A stretch of DNA of 64,000 nucleotides from Squalus acanthias. Taxonomy: Eukaryota. A program made the position numbers and the translations under genes. Every line of letters begins with the position of its first letter. The stretch's first letter is position 1. The notes beneath the pieces were generated by a model. That model did not search any database. It was not told where the DNA came from and worked only from the letters and a program-made list of their open reading frames with translations. The DNA lies in contig CM059432.1 in the NCBI GenBank assembly GCA_030390025.1, positions 19,222,001 to 19,286,000 on the forward strand, read 5' to 3'. Shown here piece after piece: positions 12,173-24,509 of the stretch.

Positions 12173-12213
12173 GTACAAGAAAAGTGTGTTGCTCTATAAC
12201 AGATGCACCTCTT

Positions 12214-12302
12214 ACAACAATGACTACACTCCGAAAGTACTTAATTGGCTGTAAAGCGCTTTGAGACGTCCAGTGGTCGTGAAAGGCGCTATATAAATGC
12301 AA
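12214..12302 (+). mobile_element. DeuSINE-like 3' tail fragment
   Basis: TAAAGCGCTTTGAGACGTCC...GAAAGGCGCTATATAAATGCAA, as at the ends of the SINEs at 57978 and 62958. Confidence 0.7.
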
Positions 12303-13162
12303 GATAATGAAGCCGTCCATGCCCACATGCAACAAGACCTGGACGATGTTCAGGCTTGGACTGATAAGTGGCAGGTAAAATTTGTGCCACAGAAGTGCCA
12401 GGCAATGACTATCTCCAACAAACGAGAGTCTAACCACCTCCCCTTGACATTCAATGGCATTACCATCGCTGAATCCCCCACTATCAACATCCTGGGGTCA
12501 TCATTAACCAAAAACTTAACTGGACCAGCCACATAAATACTGTGGCAACAAGAGCAGGTCAGAGGCTAGGTATTCTGCAGCGAGTGTCTCACCTCCTGAC
12601 GCCCCAAAGCCTTTCCACCATCTACAAGGCACAAGTCAGGAGTGTGATGGAATACTCTCCACTTGCCTGGATGAGTGCAGCTCCAACAACACTCAAGAAG
12701 CTCGACACCATCCAGGACAAAGCAGCCCGCTTGATTGGCACCCCATCCACCACCTTAAACATTCACTCCCTCCACCCCTGGCGTACCGTGGCTGCAGTGT
12801 GTACCATCTACAAGATGCACTGCAGCAACTCACCAGGGCTTCTTCGGCAGCACCTCCCAAACCCACGACCTCTTCCACCTAGAAGGACAAGGGCAGCAGG
12901 CGCATGGGAACACCACCACCTCCAAGTTCCCCTCCAAGTCACACACCATCGTGACTTAGAAGTAGATCGCCGATCCTTCATCGTTGCTGGGTCAAAATCC
13001 TGGAACTCCCTACCTAACAGCACTGTGGGAGTACCATCATTACATGGACTGCAGCAGTTCAAGAAGGCGGCTCACCACCACCTTCTCAAGGGCAACTAGG
13101 GATGGGCAATAAATGCTGGCATTGCCAGCGACGCCCTGATCCCATAAACAAATTTTAAAAAA
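12303..13162 (+). mobile_element. 5'-truncated LINE of the second lineage (RT C-terminus and tail)
   Basis: QQDLDDVQAW..KWQVKF, TIYKAQVRSVMEYS, WNSLP; GCAATAAATGCTGG tail then A-rich end. Confidence 0.85.
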
Positions 13163-15520
13163 GTCTTAGACTGGGTATTATGTAATGAGAAAGGATTAAT
13201 TAGCAATCTTGTTGTGCGAGGCCCCTTGGGGAGGAGCGATCATAATATGATAGAATTCTTCATTAAAATGGAGAGTGAAGTAATTGACTCAGAGACTAGG
13301 ATCCTGAATTTAAATAAAGGAAACTATGATGGTATGAGGCACGAGTTGGCTAGGATGGATTGGGGAATGTTACTTAAAGGGTTGACGGTGGATAGGCAAT
13401 GGCAAACATTTAAAGATCGCATGGATGAACTACAGAATTTGTTCATCCCTGTTTGGCATAAAAATAAAACAAAAAAGGTGATTCAACCGTGGCTAACAAG
13501 GGAAATTAGGGATAGCATAAGATCCAAGGAGAGGACATATAATTTGGCCAGAAAAAGCAGCAAACCTGAGGATTGGGCGCAGTTAAGGATTCAGCAAAGG
13601 AGGACAAAGGGATTAATTAAGAGGGGGAAAATAGAGTATGAGAGTAAGCTTGCAGGGAACATAAAAACTGACTGTAAAAGCTTCTATAGATATGTAAGGA
13701 GAAAAAGATTGGTGAAGTCAAGTGTAGGTCCCTTGCAGTCAGAATCAGGGGAATTTATAATGGGGAACAAAGAAAAATGGCAGACCAATTAAATACATAC
13801 TTTGGTTCTGTCTTCACAAAGGAGGACACAAATAACCTCCCAGAGATGTCGGGGAATATAGGGTCTAATAAGAGGGAGGAACTGAATGAAATCAGTATTT
13901 GTAGGGAAATGGTGTTAGGTAAATTGACAGGATTGAAGGCCGATAAATCCCCAGGGCCTGATAATCTACATCCTAGGGTACTTAAGGAAGTGGCCCTAGA
14001 AATAGTAGATGCATTGCTGGTCATCTTCCAAAATTCTATAGACTCTGGAACAGTTCCCATGGATTGGAGGATAGCTAATGTAACCCCACTATTTAAAAAA
14101 GGTGGTAGAGAAAAAACGGGGAATTATAGTCTGACATCGGTAGTGGGGAAAATGCTAGAGTCCATTATAAAAGATGTAATAGCAGAGCACTTGGAAAACA
14201 ATGACAGGATCGGACAAAGTCAACATGGATTTACAAAAGGTAAATCATGCTTGACTAATCTACTGGAATTTTTTGAGGATGTAACTGGTAGAATAGATAA
14301 GGGAGAACAAGTGGATGTGGTGTATTTGGACTTTAAGAAGGCTTTCGATAAGGTCCCGCATAAGAGATTAGCATGCAAAGTTAAGGCACACGGGATTGGG
14401 GGTAAGGTACTGTCTTGGATAGAGAACTGGTTGGCAGACAGGAAGCAAAGAGTTGGAATAAATGGGTCTTTTTCCAAGTGGCAGGCAGTGACTAGTGGGG
14501 TACCGCAGGGATCGGTGCTAGGACCCCAGTTATTCACAATATATATTAATGATCTAGACAAGGGAACTAGATGTAATATCTTCAAGTTTGCAGACGACAC
14601 AAAGCTGGGTGGGCGTGTATGCTGTGAGGAGGATGCAGAGAAACTCCAGTATGATTTGGACAGGTTGGGTGATTGGGCAGATGCATGGCAAATACAGTAT
14701 AATGTGGATAAATGCGAGGTTATCCACTTTGGTGGCAAAAACAGGAAGACAGATTATTATCTGAACGGCAATAGATTGGGAAAAGGGGAAGCGCAATGAG
14801 ACCTGGGTGTCATTGTGCACCAGTCGCTGAAGTGCAAGTGCAGCAGGCGGTTAAGAAGGCAAATGGTATGTTGGCCTTCATAGCAAGAGGATTCGAGTAC
14901 AGGAGCAAGGATGTCTTGCTGCAGTTGTACAGGGCCTTGGTGAGACCACACCTTGGAGTATTGTGTGCAGTTTTGGTCACCTCATCTGAGGAAGGATGTT
15001 CTTGCCATGGAGAGAGTGCAGCGAAGATTCACCAGACTGATACCTGGGATGGCAGGAATGACGTATGAGGAGAGATTGGGTCGATTAGGCTTATATTCAC
15101 TAGAGTTTAGAAGAATGAGAGGGGATCTCATTGAAACTTATAAAATTCTAACAGGACTAGACAGACTAGATGCAGGGAGGATGTTCCCGATGGCGGGGGA
15201 GTCCAGAACCAGGGGTCACAGTCTAAGGATAAGGGGTAAGCCATTTAGGACTGAGATGAGGAGGAATTTCTTCACCCAGAGAGTGGTGAACCTGTGGAAT
15301 TCTCTACCACACAAGGCAGTTGAGGCCAATTCATTAAATATATTCAAGAAGAAGTTAGATATATTTCTTAAGGCTAAAGGGATCAAGGGATATGGGGAGA
15401 AAGCAGGGACAGGGTACTGAATTTGGATGATCAGCCATGATCTCATTAAATGGCGGAGCAGGCTCGAGGGGCCAAATGGCCTACTCCTGCTCCTATCCTC
15501 TTTGTTTCTATGTTTCTATG
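13163..15520 (+). mobile_element. 5'-truncated CR1 LINE, frameshifted ORF2
   Basis: ORFs 13214-13792, 13777-14799 and 14953-15420 give successive EN-end/RT segments; (TGTTTCTA)n tail. Confidence 0.92.
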
Positions 15521-15890
15521 TTTTCTTGTCTCTGGATGCCGCTCTTTCTCACTACTCTCTGCTACCAATGTTACTGTGGTCAGTGCTCGCCTTATTTCTT
15601 TAAAGCTGAAAATATGCCAAGACACCAAAACTGTGAAACCCATTTCCGCCTTTTGTCATTCTTTCATCCTGCAATCTTCAACCTTCTAAAACTCAAGCTT
15701 GGCATCAGTTAATCACCACTTCCTGATTTATCTCGCCTTCTCTTTTATTCTTTTTAAACTTGGTAGTCTTACTCTACAGGTGTTGGCCCGTCAGCTGGGT
15801 TTGTCAGTTTAAAACATGGACATTAAGGGGCCTTCAGTTAAAGACAACTATGAACCATCGAAGTTATGGGAGTCCAATTTCCTTTATATA

Positions 15891-17725
15891 AGAACATAAG
15901 AAATAGGAGCAGGAGTAGGCCAATCGGCCCATCGAGCCTGCTCCGCCATTCAATAAGATCATGGCTGATCTGATCCTAACCGCCAATCTACTATCTATCA
16001 CAGAAACATCTCCTGCATCTAACAGAATTGCACACACGAAATAGGAGCAGAATCAGGCTACACAGTCCCTGGGCCCGCTCCACTACCCACAGGGCCATGA
16101 CCGATCCGAACCTAGACTCATGTCCAAATTCCTGCCCGCTCCCCGTAACCCTTAATGCCCTTTACTTCTAGGAAACTGTCTATTTCTGTTTTAAATTTAA
16201 TCAATGTTGTAGCTTCTACAGCTTTTTGTGGCAGCATATTCCATGGACCTACCACCCTCTGAGTGAAGTAGTTCCTCCTCATCTCAGTTTTGAAAGAGCA
16301 GCCCCTTATTCTAAGACTATGTCCCCTAGTTCTCGTCTCACCCGTCATCGGGAACATCCTCCCCGCATCCACCCGATCCAACCCCTTCACAATCTTATAT
16401 GTTTCAATAAGATCGCCTCTCATTCTTCTGAACTCCAATGAGTAGAGTCCCAATCTACCCAACCTCTCCTCATATGACCACCCCCTCATCTCCGGGATTA
16501 ACCGAGTGAACCTTTTTTGCACTGCCTCGAGAGCAAGGATGTCTTTCCTTAAGTAAGGACACCAAAACTGTATGCAGTATTCCAGGTGCGGTCTCACCAA
16601 TACCTTGTACAACTGAAGCAATACCTCCCTATTTTTATATTCTATCCCCCTAGCAATGAAAGCCAACATTCCATTTGCCTTCTTAATCACTTGCTGCACC
16701 TGCATACTAACCTTTTGAGTTTCGTGCACCAGGACCCCCAGATCCCTTTGCACTTCAGTACTCTCCAGTTTCTTGCCATTAAGATAATAAATTGCTCTAG
16801 GATTTTTCCTGCCAAAGTGCATCACCTCACACTTTCCAGTGCTGTATTCCATCTGCCAAATCTCTGCCCACTTACTTAGCCTGTCTATGTCCCCTTGCAG
16901 GTTTTTTATGTCCTCCTCACTCACTACTTTCCCTCCCATCTTTGTATCATCTGCAAATTTTGATATGTTACACTTGGTCCCTTCCTCCAAATCGTTAATA
17001 TAGATTGTGAAGAGTTGGGGACCCAGCACTGACCCCTGTGGAACACCACTAGTTACTGATTGCCAGTCTGAGAATGAACCATTTATCCCAACTCTTTGCT
17101 TTCTGTTAGATAGCCAATCCTCTATCCATGCCAGAATATTACCCCCAATCCCGTGATTTTTTACCTTAAGCAATAATCTTTTGTGTGGCACCTTGTCAAA
17201 TGCCTTTTGGAAGTCTAAATACACTACGTCCACTGGTTCCCCTTTATCCACTCTATATGTTACTTCCTCAAAGAACTCCAGCAAATTTGTCAAACATGAC
17301 TTCCCCTTCGTAAAACCATGCTGACTTTGTCCTATTAAATTATGATTATCCAAATGTCTTGTTACTGTTTCCTTAATAATGGACTCCAAAATTTTACCTA
17401 CCACAGATGTTAGGCTAACCGGTCTATAGTTACCAGCCTTCTGTCTACTGCCCTTTTTAAATAAGGGTGTTACATTAGCAGTTTTCCAGTCTGCCGGGAC
17501 CTTAGCGGAATCCAGGGAGTTTTGAAAAATTATTACCAATGCATCTACAATCCCTACCGCCACTTCCTTCAAGACTCTAGGATGTAAGCCATCAGGTCCA
17601 GGTGATTTATCCGCCTTGAGTCCCATTATTTTACCGAGTACCACTTCCTTAGTGATTTTGATCGTGTTTAGCTCCTCTCCCCCTATAGCCCCCTGTTTGT
17701 CCAGTGTTGGGATATTACCATCTTC
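15891..17725 (-). mobile_element. 5'-truncated CR1 LINE with uninterrupted RT region and duplicated 3' UTR
   Basis: ORF 16118-17755 carries all RT motifs through to the natural stop; CR1-type tail at 15891. Confidence 0.92.
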
Positions 17726-17871
17726 TGGCATGTCAGGCACTAAAGCAGTATTCAAAATACTGGAAAATGTACCAGGGAAAGAGGGTAATTTTCAACTTCA
17801 CCAGCTGGGCAGTACCCTGGCCAAGTAGATTGCTGTTCATTATAGAACCCGTCCAATTTTCAAATCAATTT

Positions 17872-18140
17872 GGCCCCAATTTTAACTCCAGGTGGATACC
17901 CTACTCAGGCCTGAGTTAAAATTGCAGTCGGGTCTCAATGATGTCATTGGGCCACAACATGCATATGTAAAGAAGGATCCTGTTGGCTCCGGGCGTGTGT
18001 CCTTGCTGCCTGCTCAGGAGAGCAGGTTAAAATTGCAGATGTTGCGATTATGGCGGCTTTCAGACAGGTGAGAGCCAGGGCGATTTTAACTAGCCACCCG
18101 CCAGGTTTCTGCTGAGCGTGTAGGGTTTAAATCGCCTCCC
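17872..18140. mobile_element. Degenerate Harbinger-type MITE
   Basis: GGCCCCAATTTTAAC...TTTAAATCGCCTCC termini resemble the local TIRs. Confidence 0.5.
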
Positions 18141-20479
18141 CAGGTTTTAAATTTCTATCCAGACACTAAAAAAAACGTTTCTACCTTTATTACTTGTAAC
18201 ACCCTTTGGCTTTCATGTATTTGTAGGTTTTTTCTCTCCAATTGAAGTGAAGGAATGTTGGGTATATTTGCAGCTTAAGTTACAAACCAGTAAACCACTG
18301 TATGGTCAGTGTAGTTATTTGTTTAGGGTCTGTGCCAGCTGTTTTGATGTTGCTGGTCAGCTTATGCTAATTTTCTAAGTTAGCATGTGTTCAGATTGAA
18401 AGCTTGATACAAAAAGATTTCCTTGTTATATTAGTTTGAGATAAGCTTGAACAAGGCTGTTGTATTTCATCTACTTTGAATAGTAAGTTACAGGATATAC
18501 AACTAAAATAAGTCACCTGAAACAAGGGAAAATACTAATGGCAGGACTAGGTGCTGGAGTGTGGTAACATGCCAACCATTGATATAGATTGCTCTGGTTT
18601 AATCGGGGCTCATGCACAGATTGGCACTACCTTGTTCAGGTGCTGAAAATAGATCTAATGGTACATGATTATTGATAGAAGGAGCTACTCAGGTGTCGAG
18701 CTATAAAAGGTGATGCTCATTGAGAAACAGCACATGAGCTATCTGGATTAATCAAATTATGACATTATCTATCTTTCATTCCTATCTAGGAGTCAATATT
18801 TGATAAGGTTATTATTCTGAAGAAAAAGTGTTTGTGATGATAAGGTAGAATGGACTCCCCTCCCCGCAAAAATGGAATCAATTTGTTCTGGAGAATCTGG
18901 CAGCACTTATTGTGTATACTGAGTAATTTTTGCCTTTGCAATTGCTGAAGCGCTCTATAAGAATAGATATGCTGCATTGCACATTTTTCAAGGATATAAA
19001 GAAAGCTGAGAGAAAATAATCTGATTTGGCTGATACCTGGCAAAGCTTAGCAGAGGTGATGGATTCTAGTGAACTACAGTGATGTTTTCGTATTGATGCA
19101 GTGACGGGTTAAAGGTGGTCTATGTCAATGCAGTCAACACAGTTGCCATATATAGTGTCATAATTCCCATGGTGGATGTAATCTTAAATACAGAGATCAG
19201 ATACCCTGCAAGTATCTGTCGCTCCATTGAGTACAAACCCAAGGCGCTGTTTATCTTCATAGCTCAATGATCCACAGTGCTACAATGTCCTTCATAAGGT
19301 CCTCCATGGGGTGGAAGGGGACGGGGATGGTGGGGTTGGGAGGCGGGTTGGTGGTGCGAGAATCAAAACTGGACACAATACTCCAAATGAAATTGTACCA
19401 AATCCTAATTGAACTCATGTTACCACAAGGTTAAAAAGAAATCAGCAACAGCGGAAACCCATTACCCTACATACCTTACATTGTCCTTGACATTATCCTG
19501 CACAAAGATTAGTGTACAAACCCTTAATGCACTTGCGTAAAATTCTTTGGTCCATTATTTTAACAGGGGGATAAACTCATTTAGTTAAAACAGGTTACCA
19601 TCTCCATTAAAATAATGAAGGATGAAATTTCATATTCAAACGCTAATCTTTATATGAAGTGATTTTAAGCAAATTCCTTTTAACAGTTTTTCAAAATTTC
19701 TCATGTAAACCACTGATATGATTGAAAGATTTTTTTTTAAAACAACCATGTGGTAATAACAATAAAACAACAAATAAAATTCTTTCTGAAAATCTCTTAA
19801 ACCAAAGCACTCAGAGGATTTGGCTTTTGCACTTGTTTGTTCCACAAAATGATTGGACAAAGCAACCAATTTTCTGGGAATTTACTCTTAAGCTGTTAGT
19901 CTCAAGTGGAGATCTATTCATTGTATATGGGATGAACGTACAATAAACACCATGGGGCGGGGGGGGGGGAGAATTTTCCGCTCAGTTCTCCCAATCTCCC
20001 CCCATAACATTTGTGGAGGATCAGCAGAAACACTGGAGAAACAGTGTAAATGTCCATTTCTGTGGGTTTTATGCTGATCTTCAAAAAAGCGCCTAACGCC
20101 GGCGCGAGTAAAAGACGCCTCTTTTTTCTCCTTACCCAATATGGTGAATGGCGGACTTCCTGTTGAACGTGTGCATGCGCTTCCTGCACGCCATTTTGGG
20201 GACTTAGGAGGCCGCGTAGCACCTGAAAAATGGTCATACGTGACTCAATTTCTAGGCCATGGTTTATCACATTAACAGGATTATCTTCACAAGGCTAATG
20301 AGACAGGACCTATGCTTCTTAAAACCATGCCGGGAATTCCTAAAGGTCACCAAACTCTGCGAGTGATCATAAATTGCATTTCGTATAATGCTTTCCAACA
20401 GCTTGTCTGTGGCCGACATCTAACTAGTGCGCCTACAATTACCAAGGTCTGATTTGTTTCCCCTTCTTAAATAATAAAA

Positions 20480-20595
20480 GAAAGAAAGGCTTGCATTTAC
20501 ATAGCGCTTTTCACGACCTCAGGATGTCCCAAAGTGCTTTACAGCCAAGGAAGTACTTTTGAAATGTAGTAATGTAGGAAACGCACGGCAGCCAA
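20480..20595 (-). mobile_element. DeuSINE-like 3' fragment
   Basis: Reverse complement of the SINE tail (CTTGCATTTACATAGCGCTTTTCACGACC). Confidence 0.65.
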
Positions 20596-21139
20596 TTCCA
20601 ATAATGGAATCACATGAGCCACTGTTCAATCGGTTGGAACCCCAGATCTCCTGTTGTCATGAATCTGATAAAGTTCATTTCTTCATCAAAAATAATTTTG
20701 TTACATAAAGTGACCAGACTAATATGTCTGGATCATAGACTATTACAGTACAGAAACAGGCCATTCGGCCCATCTGGTTTGTGCCCATATTTTTCTCCAC
20801 ATGAGCTATGTTGTTTAAATCTCACTTTCCTGCTTGCTCTCCATCTGATATTTCTCTACTTCAAGCACCAGTCCGGTTACCTTTTGAAATAATTTATGGA
20901 TGGAATCTGCTTCATGGTGCAGAATTACACATTGCAACTGCTCCTTTAATTCTTTTTGTGATTATCTTAATGTCTAGTCCTCTCATTGCTATCCTGCCAA
21001 TGGGTGCAAAGAATCTATTACTATTTGTGTAATATATAAAATAGAAATGCATTGTTTGCATGGCGCATCCATGATACAAGAATTGCTGTGCCTTCAAGCT
21101 GCTAAACAATCCAACAGAATTGGTTACAAACCCCCAAAA

Positions 21140-21925
21140 TAGGTGGGCTGGGGCCAGGTTAAAATGATAAAATTCTCAAACCCCAACCCACTTCCAACCT
21201 GCCCACTTCTGGGTTTAACCGAGGTGGGACAAGGGGCGGGCAGCCATGTGGCGGGTTGGCAATTTCAATATTTTATTAAGGCTGGCAGCCTCTGATTTAA
21301 TCAGTTTTACAGCTTTAACTGTGACCTGTCAGGTTTCCCAGGCCTCGGGAAACCCGACAGCTGAAGAGAGGCGAGGACAGCTTTGGGGAGAAGTTAAGTG
21401 CCTTTACAGCACTCCTTGTGGGCCAGGAGGAGCAGGAGTGCTTCCTTCCGGTCCATTCCCATTTAACCCAATGCTCAGTTTCCAATTCGTTCCATTCCCA
21501 TTCAACCCAATGCTCAGTTTCCAATTCGTTCCATTCCCATTCAACCCAATGCTCAGTTTCCAATTTGTTCCATTCCAATTCAACCCAATGCTCAGTTTCC
21601 AATTCGTTCCATTCCCATTCAACCCAATACTCAGTTTCCAATTCGTTCCATTCCTATTCAACCTCCCCCACCATCAGACCCACCCCATACAAAGACCCCC
21701 CCCAACCCCTGCCGGGATCGAACACCCCACTTTGGACCGTGGTTCGGACCTACCTGGTCCTGCTGCCTGCTCCGAAGTCCTCCCCACCCGATTGGAAGCC
21801 AAGCCTGTCAAACAGGCTGACTTCCGAGCGAGGAGCCTGACAAGGACAAAAGACGCACGCTGTGGAGTTAAAACTTGCTACTCTAGTCGGCTCATTGTAG
21901 CGTATCCTGCGCTGTATTCCATCGT
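21140..21925. mobile_element. Degenerate non-autonomous DNA element (MITE) carrying a minisatellite
   Basis: Shares motifs (GGAGGAGCAGGAGTGCTTCC, GGTTAAAAT) with MITEs at 26659 and 50040; edges uncertain. Confidence 0.45.
21452..21663. repeat. 39-bp minisatellite, ~5.4 copies
   Basis: Unit TCCATTCCCATTCAACCCAATGCTCAGTTTCCAATTCGT at 21452, 21491, 21530, 21569, 21608 and 21647 (partial). Confidence 0.95.
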
Positions 21926-22558
21926 CCATTTAAAGGAGCTGCTCCAGTGAAGCCATGGAAATCTGTGCGCCTGCCAGAGCAATGCTCACTGGGCATTTCG
22001 AGGTTGGAGCCTTCACTGAACAGGGTCTCTGACAATTACTTGTATCCCTTCATTAAGCACTGGAAAAACACATATTCAGCCAGCTTGACCACATCAAATA
22101 ACATTTTAATGTATGTCTTCTGCAACGGTGCAGCCTCCCTTTCCTCTTTCCTGTAGAACAACAATTACCTGCCCATAAACGGACTCAGAGTTAAAATTGA
22201 ACGCTATGAATCAGCCTGCTCCCTCCCATGCTTTAACAGCACCTTTAAATGGAAGAAAATAATGCAAGGTGGGAATGAGTAAATCTGGAGATTCTAAGTT
22301 AATTGCTGCTTAATAAGCAAAAAGAAGCATTAATGCCAGGCATGTACATTAAGAAAAATTAATGCCAGGAACAATTCTCAGAACTTGGACTGTCGTTAAT
22401 GCCTGTTCAATGCTTACCAACTCACAAAGTTACTGCCCTTTAATGCACAACTAGCATGAGCACTAAACCTAACAGGCTAATAAGCAACTTATACCCATAG
22501 ATGGGAAAAAAATTCCACTGTTCTCTATCTGTGGCAAAATCATTAGCACGTTTAGAAA

Positions 22559-22910
22559 GGGTAGATTTTAACTTTCCTGCTCATCCTGACCCCACAAAAA
22601 TAATTTTAAAACGTACCTTTTCTGTGGGGCCTCTTCGTCTTGACCACTAGGTTTTACTGAGTGGAGCATCCTTGGCACATGCTCTGCCAAATCAGCCTTC
22701 TAAATTGCATCGGGGTCCAACATACATCGTAGGCCCCAGATCTGCATAGAGTAATGAGGCTTCCGCCTGATTTGGACAACGGCCTGGGCTGCCCAGCAGA
22801 AGGCTTGAGTTAACATGGCGGCGGAGCAGGAATGGGCTGGTAAGTCAACCACCTTGACTTTAACATTGCTACCGCCCTATCCGCCCGGCGGAGTGAGTTA
22901 AAATCACCCC
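22559..22910. mobile_element. Harbinger-type MITE
   Basis: GGGTAGATTTTAACT...AGTTAAAATCACCCC inverted termini; internally similar to 40550-40828. Confidence 0.6.
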
Positions 22911-24509
22911 CAGCATTTTTACAATGTTGCTGCAAACAGAGAAAATCATGAGGGACGATTTTAACCAACCCCACCCCCACGCCCCCCACAATCCACCCCT
23001 ACCCCCCACCCCCCACCCCACCGCCCAGCGGGAATGGTGCACAGAGGGGTTAAAATCAGCCGAGTCCACATACCAGCCCAAGGCCGCACCATTCCCACCC
23101 GGCGACATGTCATCTTCGCCGGCACTGAAGTCAACCGAGGCTCCCGCTGCATGCACACAATTGCGCTCGGCCTTCCCTGTTGACTGATTAACAAAAACTG
23201 GATGGACTTAGCCAGTGTACATGTGTCACAGTTTGTGCTACTGTCTGCTTCATAAAGTGTCAAGAGGCTTGCACACACCAAGTATAGTTACAGATCTTTC
23301 ACACCATGACCACAACAGGCTGCATTAGTCTTAATCATTTCTTGCATTCTAGAACCTGGATGTTAAAAGAGGGTGTGGGGAAATAACACACTGCTCCAGC
23401 CACACACACAGCTATTAAAGGTCGCAGGTACAATAAGCTTTGGCAGTTTCAATTGTGCTCCTGGTGGAAAGGAATCCACAGGGGAAGAAAAAGGTCCTAA
23501 GTTCAGCACCTGACCTTACAGTCTTGTCTCCTAAAGGCGTCTCCTACCCCACTTATGAAAGTGAAAGGTCATTTATCAGTGTGGTTGCTTGTTTATGTCC
23601 AACAGAGCAAAGGTGACAGATTCATGAACTGGAGGTTTTAGACAAAGGGTTATCACAGCAAACAAAGACTCTAAAACACAGAATAGCATTTCAATTCTTC
23701 ATTGCTACAAAGGCCTATAAAAACAAACGTTCAATTTATTGCAACAAGAAAGCAACAAGTTCTGTCTCTTTGCACTGCACTTCTATTACTGCGTCTCAAA
23801 TTATTTTTGAACACTAACAGCATGTCGCTCTTCACTTGACCTACTCACAAATGAGATTTCAATTGAGAAAGTGCACACAGATGTATTTGACATTTTCTCT
23901 GGGGAACAGCATTGATAGTCTCCAATTGAAGGGATACAGAGATCTCCACGTGTTCATCCTACCCGGAAAAGAATGTAATCAGTTCTAAATCGAAGGTGCA
24001 CATTGACTTGTATATACCACCCACCCTCAGGCCTAACTTAATTGGTTTTGATACGGAAAGGATATTATGTAGGCTGTGCACCATGTCCAATGGACTGCTG
24101 AACAATTCGCCTTCATCACCCAATGTCATTTAACCCTATCATGGTGAATGACATTTTCTCAGTCTTATTTCCTTTACTGATTTCCTTTACTTATTCAGTG
24201 GCTTTAAATTCCCAGGCATCCTAATCAAGTCTGACACACTGGCAGTGACAGTGAGTTTTGTAGGGATGATAATTTTAAGCTGTATAAGATGAAGTTTTAT
24301 ATTGGGTAAAAGGTACAGAAACCAAGACCGATTAAGGGTACACAGTTGAACCTAGACTGACGTTACATGTGGGTCAAGTGATATCATGGACAAGAGGGCT
24401 TAGAAACTAAAGAAATATCAAGATGTGATGACTATTACATTTTCCTAGATACTTTGGCATCTGATTTGGATTATTCACATAAGTGAGTTCTTAGTCTTCC
24501 ATGGGATCA

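Noticed and set aside
21246..21950. 234-aa ORF with a 13-aa repeat
   Set aside because: By-product of a stop-free 39-bp minisatellite that is open in several frames; no domain.
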